Below are positions 30,185 to 37,893 of a stretch of DNA of 64,000 bases, in pieces. Within the stretch, counting starts at the first letter, position 1. Each line of letters starts with the position of its first letter. Position numbers and translations under genes: made by a program. This stretch comes from Rhodothermales bacterium (lineage in GTDB: Bacteria; Bacteroidota; Rhodothermia; Rhodothermales; UBA10348), in NCBI GenBank assembly GCA_040221055.1, contig JAVJVN010000020.1:69528-133527 (forward strand), written 5' to 3'. The notes under the pieces are model-generated. The model made no database searches, was not told the origin of the DNA, and saw only the letters and a program-made list of their open reading frames with translations.

Positions 30185-30783
30185 GCGGACCCCGTCCTTT
30201 TCAGGACGATGGTTCCAAAAGTTTCCTGACGCGCGAATCTCCCCCGGTGGTCCGTTCAGCCGAAGCTGTTCAGAACAGCCGGTTACGGGAGATTCTCGTC
30301 TTATGGTTGGCATCACCACCAGGGTGATGCAATCCGCCGTACGGGCATACAACGGATTTCAGCATTCCGCGGACAACAGGATTCAGCCCGTTTGCCCACC
30401 CTTTCGGGTGCGCCACGTTACATCCGCCTGCCTGTGCCGCTCCCCTCGTCCGCTCCGAAAAGCTTCGAGGTTCGCTTGCACACGCCTTGCAAATCAATGC
30501 AAGGCCCTGCACTTCAACGGACTCTGGTTGCCGGGACGGTACCAGAACGATCCATGCAGTCTCCTGCCTGTGCAGCGCCGGAACCGGCCGAAGCCAGTCC
30601 GCCATCTTCACCAGGCCGGTACGTTACGTACCGCATCCGGAACTCCTGCAAACCTGCCTTGTGAGCGGTATTGCGATCAACACTCCGAACGAGGGGGTCC
30701 AGCTCCCGATCCGAAGATCGGGCGGTCTGCCCTCATGCAGCCTAAAGACTCAGTCGCGTCAAGGAACGGTGCCGTCAGGCACT
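30152..30783 (-). ncRNA. candidate large (~630 nt) structured non-coding RNA of unknown class
   Basis: It runs from about 7 nt downstream of a consensus promoter to the intrinsic terminator, with no credible ORF. On the minus strand there are four UUCG-capped hairpins (30705-30722, 30584-30597, 30452-30463, 30257-30268) and one GAAA-capped hairpin (30397-30410). Other hairpins lie at 30769-30782, 30617-30633, 30485-30504 and 30310-30330. A nested 9-bp helix pairs 30235-30243 with 30287-30295, and a 13-position closing helix pairs 30221-30233 with 30755-30767. Confidence 0.55.
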
Positions 30784-30789
30784 GGGACT

Positions 30790-30818
30790 ATTATAGATCG
30801 GTTTCAGAGTCAAGTCAA
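30790..30818 (-). promoter_or_regulatory. sigma70-type promoter (-35 TTGACT, 17-nt spacer, -10 TATAAT)
   Basis: The minus strand reads TTGACTTGACTctgaaaccgatcTATAAT. The -10 is at 30790-30795 and the -35 at 30813-30818 with an exactly 17-nt spacer. A second, overlapping TTGACT lies at 30808-30813. Confidence 0.6.
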
Positions 30819-30883
30819 TGCAGAATGTTCAACAAAGAGTTCACACAGTTCTCCACAGGGTTGTCCACACCCCCGGAAATGCA

Positions 30884-30911
30884 GAAAGCCCGGCCGCAAG
30901 GCCGGGCTTTC
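30884..30911 (-). terminator. GC-rich hairpin, probable terminator of the sigma/rhomboid transcript
   Basis: The sequence GAAAGCCCGGCC-GCAA-GGCCGGGCTTTC forms a 12-bp stem. On the minus strand it is followed by CUGCAUUUCC, which is only weakly U-rich. It lies about 180 nt downstream of the rhomboid stop. Confidence 0.4.
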
Positions 30912-31013
30912 CACTGCCCATAGTCACTGCGCGACTGAGTACCCCGCGAACGGGGCTTCCACCAGGCGGCATGAGATGCACCAAACGTACGAATACCTCC
31001 CGGACAATGCAAG

Positions 31014-31088
31014 TGCAATAACGGTGACATTGGCTGATCGGCCATTTTCCGTCCCAGATGCCCGTTTATTTCACCTTGCAATAACGGT
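31014..31088. repeat. 12-nt direct repeat TGCAATAACGGT, two copies
   Basis: The copies are exact, at 31014-31025 and 31077-31088, with 63 nt from start to start. They lie just 3' of the rhomboid stop codon. Confidence 0.9.
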
Positions 31089-31090
31089 TA

Positions 31091-31702
31091 TCACATGATC
31101 TGTCGAAGGAAGATCGACAAGGCGGCCGGTTCCACGAGCAACGTTGCGATGAGTCCGCCGATCGCTCCGCCCAGATGGGCCTCATGGGCAATCCCTCCCA
31201 TGTTCGGATTGTCCCGCCGGCTCATGGCATAGACCGAGAAGCCCAGGAAGCCCACCGCAAACAGCCACGCAGGAATCCAGATGGCAAAGAACAGCCCGAT
31301 CTGATCGAACGGCCGGAACAGGCAGAAGGACAACAGTACGCCCGAAATGGCCCCGGACGCACCCACGGCCGCATAGGCGTGCGAATTCCGCTGCCACCAG
31401 AGTGTCAAACCGTGGGCGGCGAATTCGGAGACGAAAAACACCACCAGGAAACCAACCGGACCCAGGAGTCGCTCCAGAGCGGGCCCGAAAAAGAACAGGG
31501 TCAGCATGTTGAAGGCCAGGTGACCCGGCCCGGCGTGCACGAATCCTGCGGACAGCAGTCGGTAGTACTCCCGGTTCTTGAGCACCTGGGCGGGCCGAAA
31601 GGACAACCGGTCCAACAATGCCGTATCGAACCAGAGGGCATATCCACTTACGAGGACATTGAGAAGGATCAGGATGATGGTCAGCGGGCTTTCAACGAAC
31701 AT
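31091..31702 (-). CDS. rhomboid-family intramembrane serine protease
   Basis: It has six TM segments, the catalytic-serine motif GASGAISGV and the histidine motif AHLGGAIGG. Confidence 0.85.
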   Translation of the reverse strand: MFVESPLTIILILLNVLVSGYALWFDTALLDRLSFRPAQVLKNREYYRLLSAGFVHAGPGHLAFNMLTLFFFGPALERLLGPVGFLVVFFVSEFAAHGLTLWWQRNSHAYAAVGASGAISGVLLSFCLFRPFDQIGLFFAIWIPAWLFAVGFLGFSVYAMSRRDNPNMGGIAHEAHLGGAIGGLIATLLVEPAALSIFLRQIM

Positions 31703-32249
31703 GGGCGTACTTCCGGGTTTTCGTCCGGTGTACGACCACCCTGGGCGCAGGATTCTCCACCGCCGATCGCACCCGCCGCGTGAACCGGCTCATGCGCATC
31801 CGGAGTGCGGAACTGCTCACCCCCGTGACCTGGCTGATTTCGGAAAAGGAACGCGACGGCGAGGCACAGCGCGCAGCCACCATCATCCGTGTGATCGTGT
31901 CCTCCTCCCGGAGCAGCCGGCGGGCGGTTCGAACGACCCGCTCGGCCTGGTCGTCAAAGGCATCGCTTGCATCCGTCACGGCATCCGCCGACGGGTCCAT
32001 GGGGAACAGGACCCCTTGCTCTGCACGCCTGCGCCTGAGCTCCCGGATGACCCGGTTCCGGGCCATGCGCCGCACGTATCGGTCGGGCGCGTGCAATCCA
32101 TCCAGTCGGGGAATGACAGCCACCATGACATCCGACGCCAGATCTTCCACATCCTGCATCCCCAGCAAACGTTCCCGCTCCGCACAGGCCCGGAAATATC
32201 GACGGGAATCGTTCCAAAGTCGTACAATGAGTTCAGTACGATTGTCCAT
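31692..32249 (-). CDS. RNA polymerase sigma factor, sigma-70/ECF-like
   Basis: Region 2-like sequence (DVEDLASDVMVAVIPRL...YVRRMARNRVIRELRR) and a region 4 HTH-like sequence (SFSEISQVTGVSSSALRMRMSRFTRRV) are present. I trimmed the start to the ATG at 32249. Its 3' end overlaps the rhomboid start by 11 nt. Confidence 0.65.
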   Translation of the reverse strand: MDNRTELIVRLWNDSRRYFRACAERERLLGMQDVEDLASDVMVAVIPRLDGLHAPDRYVRRMARNRVIRELRRRRAEQGVLFPMDPSADAVTDASDAFDDQAERVVRTARRLLREEDTITRMMVAARCASPSRSFSEISQVTGVSSSALRMRMSRFTRRVRSAVENPAPRVVVHRTKTRKYAHVR

Positions 32250-32316
32250 GACCTCGTGGCTTGACTTGCTCTTCAGGCAAAGACCCCGAACCGGACACCA
32301 CATAACGACCTCCGCC

Positions 32317-32781
32317 ATGAAAATCCTCTTCGCCACCGACCTCAAGGAGCCGACGGCCATCACCAATCGCATCCAGTCCTTCGCGGATCGTTTGGATGCG
32401 GATCTATACGTGTTGCACGTCCATGTCCCGACCCCGACGACCCCGCTGGGCATCGATCCGCTGAGTGGGTTCGGGGAGGTATCCTATGCACTGTACGATC
32501 CGTCCATCGAGGAGAGCATTGTGGAGGCCGAGCAGGGGGATTTCGATGCGTTCGTCCAGGAACGATTCACGCGACCGGTGCGGCCTGCGCTGCATCATGG
32601 CGATCCTGCACGCGTCATCCTGCACGATGCCACCGAATTGGGGGCCGATCTCATCATCCTGGCAAAGCGCCGCCACTCCGCACTGGAGCGCATGCTGCTG
32701 GGCAGTGTCACCAAAGTAGTCGCCAACGAAGCCACGCAACCCGTACTGTTGCTGCCCATTCCGGATCAGGACCGGACCTGA
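32317..32781 (+). CDS. universal stress protein (UspA family)
   Basis: It contains MKILFATDL...LHV...DLIILAKRRHSALERMLLGSVTKVV, the USP ATP-binding-type motif G-x2-G-x9-GS. Confidence 0.85.
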   Translation: MKILFATDLKEPTAITNRIQSFADRLDADLYVLHVHVPTPTTPLGIDPLSGFGEVSYALYDPSIEESIVEAEQGDFDAFVQERFTRPVRPALHHGDPARVILHDATELGADLIILAKRRHSALERMLLGSVTKVVANEATQPVLLLPIPDQDRT

Positions 32782-34817
32782 AAGCGGCGCGTGCCCTTGT
32801 CCAGGAATGCTGCGAACTCGTCCACGTCCATCATTCCGAATTCGCGCAGGAGCAACGTCGTGCCGTCGGTGTCGACCACTGCGTATGTGGGCAGCGCCAC
32901 GATCCCGGTGAGCCGGAGCTGGTATCGGTGGAATTCGTCGCCCTTCTCCGGGCCGTCGGTGTACAGTTTCAGCCGGACGAAGTCGTTGGCCAGCCGCGAA
33001 GCGACCGGCGCCCGTGGAAATACGTTGGCTTCCATGGACCGGCAATTGGTACACGTATAGCCGGTGAAATCAACGAAGATGGGCAGATTCCGCGTGGCAG
33101 CCTCGGCGACGGCGGCGTCGATATCGTCCACGTGCCAGCCGTCATCGGCACCCGGCACCGCGTCCATACCCGAGGCGCCCAGCACATTGAACAGACCGAC
33201 ATCACCGGCTTGGCGAGGCGGAAGGAAGGCATCCAGGGCGTTCAAGGGCGATCCAAACAGTCCCGGCAGCATGTACAGGGACACTGCGAAGAACAGGGAG
33301 CCAAGCATGAGTCGACCGGCACCGATACCATCCGGCGCCGGTTCGTGTGCCAGCCGGAGCTGTCCAATCAGGTACAGACCGGCCAGGAAGAACACCACCA
33401 CGATGAACGCAATGCCCAACGGTCGCGAAATCAGGCCCCATCCCCAGACCAGGTCAGCATTGGAAAGGAACTTGACCGCGGCCGCCAATTCCACGAAGCC
33501 CAGGACGACCTTGACCACATTCATCCAGGATCCCGACTTGGGGAGGCGCTGCAAGGCATTCGGAAACAGGGCGAACAGGACAAACGGCGAGGCAAATGTG
33601 GCCGAATAGACCATCATTCCGGCCACGGGCCACGCCCAGGTACCTCCGGCTGCAGCCGCCAGCAGACCGGCCACGAACGGAGCCGTGCAGGAAAACGAGA
33701 CCAGCGTCAGCGTCAAACCCATGAACCAGACCCCCATGGCGCCTGACCCGCCGCCCAGGGCGTTGACCCGATTCACCAGTCCGGACGGCAGTCGCAGTTC
33801 GTAGAGCCCGAGCAGGGACAGGGCGAAGCCCACCAATACGGCCGCAATCAGCAGGTTCACCCACGGATTCGACGCAATGGTCTGCGCTCCGGCCGCCCCC
33901 ACCACCACGGCCATGACAATGCCGATGACCGTGAACGTGGCAACGATCGAGACCCCGTACAGACCGGCCAGTTTTACCGACTGGACCCGATCATCGGCGT
34001 GTTTCGTGAAATAGGACACCGTAAGCGGAAGCATCGGGAAGACACACGGGGTCAGCAACGACGCCAACCCGGCGCCGACGGCCAGCAGCAGGAAGGCCAA
34101 GAGGCCGGACTGTCCGGGGCGCTCGTCCGGGGTGGGCCCGTCGGTGATCGTGCCGGCATCCAGGGCCCGTGCAATTTGGGCGGTCGATGCGCCGGCGTCC
34201 TGCCCGCCCGTCACGAGCGTGAATGTAACCGGCACCTCCGTGCGCTCCGGACGCAGGCACACACCGAACTCGTCGGAGCAGATCTGGAATTGGACACGCG
34301 GCGTCAATACGACCGGCTCGCTGCCGGCGACCGGTAGCTCAGCATCCACATCCAGCACCGCGTACACGACCGATTCGCTCTTGAAGTACGGCAGTTCCAT
34401 GTCGAACGTGGGATCGTACCCCGAACGGGGAGGATCCTGTCCGAGCGACGCACGGGCGGTGACGCCATCCATGGAATCGGGCCAGGAAACGTCAATGCCA
34501 TAGGGGCGCACTCCCACTGAACGATCCGGCAGCGCCTGGTCCAAGGCATACATCTTCCAATCCCCCGGACCCGTTATCGTAGCCGTGAAGGCCACGATGG
34601 TGGAGCGGCCCGGCGATACGCTGTCCGGCCGGGCTTCCGCGCGCCAGGTGACGTAATCCGCGGATACCCCGATGGACGGCCCTCCGCCCAGCCCGAGGTC
34701 GGGCACCGCATCCTGGCCAGCCACGGCCATGGGCCAACACGCCATGAGGAACAGCACCAACCACGTTTGCAAGCGGGGCCATCCGCTCAGGCGGGGAAAC
34801 GTATCCGGGAGGACCAT
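32766..34817 (-). CDS. dsbD: thiol:disulfide interchange protein DsbD-like (N-terminal periplasmic domain, DsbD TM core, C-terminal thioredoxin)
   Basis: TM-core cysteines (LLTPCVFPMLP; SFSCTAPF) and a C-terminal thioredoxin CxxC (YTCTNC) are present. I trimmed the start to the ATG at 34817; the longer ORF-track entry runs into rplI. Confidence 0.8.
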   Translation of the reverse strand: MVLPDTFPRLSGWPRLQTWLVLFLMACWPMAVAGQDAVPDLGLGGGPSIGVSADYVTWRAEARPDSVSPGRSTIVAFTATITGPGDWKMYALDQALPDRSVGVRPYGIDVSWPDSMDGVTARASLGQDPPRSGYDPTFDMELPYFKSESVVYAVLDVDAELPVAGSEPVVLTPRVQFQICSDEFGVCLRPERTEVPVTFTLVTGGQDAGASTAQIARALDAGTITDGPTPDERPGQSGLLAFLLLAVGAGLASLLTPCVFPMLPLTVSYFTKHADDRVQSVKLAGLYGVSIVATFTVIGIVMAVVVGAAGAQTIASNPWVNLLIAAVLVGFALSLLGLYELRLPSGLVNRVNALGGGSGAMGVWFMGLTLTLVSFSCTAPFVAGLLAAAAGGTWAWPVAGMMVYSATFASPFVLFALFPNALQRLPKSGSWMNVVKVVLGFVELAAAVKFLSNADLVWGWGLISRPLGIAFIVVVFFLAGLYLIGQLRLAHEPAPDGIGAGRLMLGSLFFAVSLYMLPGLFGSPLNALDAFLPPRQAGDVGLFNVLGASGMDAVPGADDGWHVDDIDAAVAEAATRNLPIFVDFTGYTCTNCRSMEANVFPRAPVASRLANDFVRLKLYTDGPEKGDEFHRYQLRLTGIVALPTYAVVDTDGTTLLLREFGMMDVDEFAAFLDKGTRRFQVRS

Positions 34818-34864
34818 GTGGGCTCTGGATGGCGAGGCGTTCAAGGGCGGCGAATCGAGGGAAT

Positions 34865-34900
34865 AAAAAAAGGGGATGGACGCGGAAAACGTCCATCCCC
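34865..34900 (-). terminator. rho-independent terminator of the rpsF-rpsR-rplI operon
   Basis: The minus strand reads GGGGAUGGACG-UUUUCCG-CGUCCAUCCCC followed by U7, an 11-bp stem. It lies 30 nt downstream of the rplI stop. Confidence 0.85.
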
Positions 34901-34929
34901 TTTGAAATGTTGCCAGAAAAGCCAGCCGG

Positions 34930-35382
34930 TCAGGCGGCGACTTCAGGCTCCACGCGGACTTTGACCTCTGCTTCCACTTCGGGATGCAGTTTGACGGTCG
35001 CGGTATACACGCCAAGGACCTTGATATCGTCCTCGACATGGATGTTGCGACGGTCCACGGTGACACCCTGGGCAGCCAGGCCGTCAGCAATATTGGTCGT
35101 GGTGACACTGCCGAAAATGCGGTTCTCCTCGCCCACCTTGGCGAAGACAACGACTTCGATCTTGCCCAGCTCCTTGGCCAGGTTCTGTGCGTCCTCTTTC
35201 TTCTTGCTGAGCTTGCGGGACTGCTGACGACGTTCTTCCGTGACGGACTTGACGACCGACGGCGTGGCCTGCAGTGCCAACCCGCGAGGGAGGAGGAAAT
35301 TGCGTCCATAACCGGGCTTCACAGCGACGATGTCGCCCTTCTCGCCCAGGTTTTCGACGTCTTGGAGTAGAATTACTTGCAT
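34930..35382 (-). CDS. rplI: 50S ribosomal protein L9
   Basis: It starts MQVILLQDVENLGEKGDIVAVKPGYGRNFLLP, the canonical L9 N-terminus. Confidence 0.95.
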   Translation of the reverse strand: MQVILLQDVENLGEKGDIVAVKPGYGRNFLLPRGLALQATPSVVKSVTEERRQQSRKLSKKKEDAQNLAKELGKIEVVVFAKVGEENRIFGSVTTTNIADGLAAQGVTVDRRNIHVEDDIKVLGVYTATVKLHPEVEAEVKVRVEPEVAA

Positions 35383-35403
35383 GACCGTATTCCTTGATCT
35401 GTC

Positions 35404-35610
35404 TTACTTGAGCGAGTCGGTAACGAACGGAATGAGCGCCATGTGGCGGGCCCGCTTCACGGCACGCGTGAGCTGGCGCTGGAACTTGGCGGAAGCATTC
35501 GTTATGCGGCGGGGCAGGATCTTGCCTTGCTCGTTCAAATAACGCTTGAGCATTTCGACATCCTTGTAGTCGACGTACTCCGGCTCCTTGAAATTGGTGT
35601 TGGTAGACAT
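35404..35610 (-). CDS. rpsR: 30S ribosomal protein S18
   Basis: It contains [47 protein letters not shown]. Confidence 0.95.
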   Translation of the reverse strand: MSTNTNFKEPEYVDYKDVEMLKRYLNEQGKILPRRITNASAKFQRQLTRAVKRARHMALIPFVTDSLK

Positions 35611-35630
35611 GTGCGTATGGGGATTGGGTT

Positions 35631-36029
35631 TCAGTCGTCGTCTTCGTCGTCGGCAACCGCTTGGGCATCGGCGGCCTCCTTGGCGAGGTCCGCAGCCTTG
35701 CGACCGCGGTTGGCCTCGAAATGACGCAGCATCTTGGCGTCGAGCCGCAGCGTCATGTACCGGAGGATGTTGTCGTCGATTTCAAGCGCCCGCTCGAGCC
35801 GCTGGATGAGCGGTGCGATGGAGCGGAAATGCATGTTGACGTAATACCCGTTCCGCTTCTTCTGGATGGGATAGGCCAGTCGGCGACTGCCCCACTCGTC
35901 CATTTCAAGGATTTCTCCTCCTGCGTCGGAGATGTATTCTGTCACGCGTGTGACGAGGTCCTTGACCTGGTCATCACTGATGACGGAGTTGACGATATAG
36001 GTCAACTCGTACGTGTTTTTCGTAGCCAT
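35631..36029 (-). CDS. rpsF: 30S ribosomal protein S6
   Basis: It contains YELTYIVNS...[10 protein letters not shown]...GYYV and has an acidic tail. I trimmed the start to the ATG at 36029. Confidence 0.9.
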   Translation of the reverse strand: MATKNTYELTYIVNSVISDDQVKDLVTRVTEYISDAGGEILEMDEWGSRRLAYPIQKKRNGYYVNMHFRSIAPLIQRLERALEIDDNILRYMTLRLDAKMLRHFEANRGRKAADLAKEAADAQAVADDEDDD

Positions 36030-36197
36030 GGAATCCCTTTGGATGATGGATTGACACAGCCCCCTGCCGTCAGCAGGGAGCAGGGACTTTGTCGTCTGTG
36101 CACTATGCACAGACCAGCAAAATACGACGATCCGGACAGATATCCAGTCCTTAACCCAAATTGCACGTTACAGCGCGGGCATACAGGCAGGACCGAC

Positions 36198-37274
36198 CTA
36201 CAGCGCAGACAACCGATCGGCATTCTCCGCCACGCGAAGCGCCCGGATGATGCCACCCAGATCTCCGTCCATGACCTTCTCCAGGGCGTGGTTCTTGTCG
36301 TCCCCCTCAAGCCGGTGGTCCGTCACGCGCCCTTGCGGCCAATTGTAGGTACGGATCTTGGCCGACCGATCCCCCGTGGAGACCATGCTGCGCCGGGCCT
36401 CGGTGCGTTCGGCATTCCGTTTGGCCAGTTCGAGTTCGTACAGGCGTGAGCGCAACACGCGCATGGCCTTGTCCTTGTTCTTCAACTGGCTCTTCTCATC
36501 CTGGCAGGTCACAACCAGGCCCGTCGGAATATGGGTCAACCGGACGGCGGAATCCGTCGTGTTCACGCTCTGACCGCCGGGTCCACTGGACCGGTATACA
36601 TCCACTTTCACATCGTTTGCGTGCAACTCGATGTCCACCTCCTCGGCCTCGGGCAACACGGCAACCGTGGCCGCCGACGTGTGGATGCGACCGCTCGATT
36701 CCGTGGCCGGCACACGCTGGACCCGGTGCACACCGCTCTCGTACTTCATGGTGCCGAACACTTCAGGTCCGGCCAGGGCCAGGATGATTTCCTTGTACCC
36801 CCCCTTCGTGCCTTCCGATGCTTCCATGATCTCCACCGTCCAGCCTTTCAACTCAGCGAAGCGGGAGTACAACCGGAACAGGTCGCCGGCAAACAGTGCG
36901 GCTTCGTCGCCCCCGGTTCCGGCCCGGATCTCGACGATGGCATTCTTGGAGTCCTCCGGATCCTTCGGAATGAGCATGAGGCGCAATTCTTCCTCGACAC
37001 CCGGCAAGCGCTCCTCCAATTCCTCCAACTCGGCCTCGGCCATTTCTCCCAACTCGCCCGAATCGTCCGCCTCCAGCATCTCCCTCAGGTCCGCCGCTTC
37101 CGTGAGCATGCCCTGGTAGGCATCCACGATTTCGATCATCCCCCGAAGGGACGTGTGCTCCCGGCCCAACACCGCCATTTTCCGGGGATCCGTGGCCACT
37201 TCCGGTTGGGCCATCTGGCGCGTGACGTCATCGTACCGACGTCGGATACCGTCGAGCAGCTCGGTTTTGATCAT
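36198..37274 (-). CDS. prfA: peptide chain release factor 1
   Basis: It has the PAT tripeptide (RVPATES) and the GGQ motif (SGPGGQSVNTT). I trimmed the start to the ATG at 37274. Confidence 0.95.
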   Translation of the reverse strand: MIKTELLDGIRRRYDDVTRQMAQPEVATDPRKMAVLGREHTSLRGMIEIVDAYQGMLTEAADLREMLEADDSGELGEMAEAELEELEERLPGVEEELRLMLIPKDPEDSKNAIVEIRAGTGGDEAALFAGDLFRLYSRFAELKGWTVEIMEASEGTKGGYKEIILALAGPEVFGTMKYESGVHRVQRVPATESSGRIHTSAATVAVLPEAEEVDIELHANDVKVDVYRSSGPGGQSVNTTDSAVRLTHIPTGLVVTCQDEKSQLKNKDKAMRVLRSRLYELELAKRNAERTEARRSMVSTGDRSAKIRTYNWPQGRVTDHRLEGDDKNHALEKVMDGDLGGIIRALRVAENADRLSAL

Positions 37275-37503
37275 GGATGCGAAGAGGATGGATGGGGGCG
37301 CGTGTACGCGGATTCCGGGTATTGGTTCAAGCGATCCCGGCGGGCACACGGGCTTCGCAAAGTGAGACCCGAACTGGTCCGGGAATCGGCTCGGACCCAC
37401 ACGGATGGCCGCAAATCACCCGGGACAGCCCGCTGGACGGGCCGGACGGAGCTTGGCACACTTTTGGCGGAAGGTGTGATCGAACGAGAATACCCAACCC
37501 CTC

Positions 37504-37887
37504 ATGCTCGCATCCCCGTACCACAGGATTACCACGTCGCACACCGTGCGCGGCATTGTCATGTGGTTCCTCATGTGTTTCATGGTCTACTGGGTCATGG
37601 ATGGCCTGGCCACCCGCCCCGTGGCCATCGACGTGGAGGACTTCCGCAAGAGCGGCATGTCCGATGAGCACGTCCTGTCGATGGCCCTGCAGGAAGCAGC
37701 CCAAGCCATGGACAACTACTGGTGGATCCACGATCGCCAGCCGTACCTGGTATTCGATGCGACGCGCGAATACGCCATCAGTCCGGGGATGTATGCGGCG
37801 TTCGACATCGAAATCACCTACGATGCGAAGAAGAAGCCGATAGCCGTGCTGGAGCCGGTCCAGAAAGTCGCCGGCATGCGCCCCTGA
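37504..37887 (+). CDS. hypothetical membrane-anchored protein
   Basis: This 127-aa ORF has one TM segment (IVMWFLMCFMVYWVM) and a coding-like composition. I recognise no motif. Confidence 0.4.
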   Translation: MLASPYHRITTSHTVRGIVMWFLMCFMVYWVMDGLATRPVAIDVEDFRKSGMSDEHVLSMALQEAAQAMDNYWWIHDRQPYLVFDATREYAISPGMYAAFDIEITYDAKKKPIAVLEPVQKVAGMRP

Positions 37888-37893
37888 CAGCGC

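Noticed and set aside
30152-30783. The possibility that the structured RNA is RNase P RNA, tmRNA, SRP (4.5S) RNA or 6S RNA.
   Set aside because: I could not find the P4 core strings (GGAAAGUCCGG / ACAGAA.CCGGCUUA in the right order). There is no tRNA-like 3' end (GGUUCGA.UCC...CCA) or tag reading frame, and no SRP domain IV motif. At ~630 nt it is far too long for 6S or 4.5S. This was done by eye only; cmscan is needed.
30141-30923. A 260-aa plus-strand ORF covering the non-coding gap. Minus-strand ORFs 30270..30611 and 30815..31081 cover parts of the same gap.
   Set aside because: The translations are Cys/Arg/Ser/Pro-rich and not protein-like. The plus-strand ORF starts inside the bidirectional terminator. 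The region is better explained by a promoter-to-terminator structured RNA on the minus strand.
30780-31090. The chromosomal origin (oriC) at the AT-richer stretch with DnaA-box-like 9-mers, given parAB nearby.
   Set aside because: Only two near-consensus boxes are visible. There is no cluster of boxes, no clear AT-rich unwinding element and no adjacent dnaA or dnaN. This is insufficient for an oriC call.
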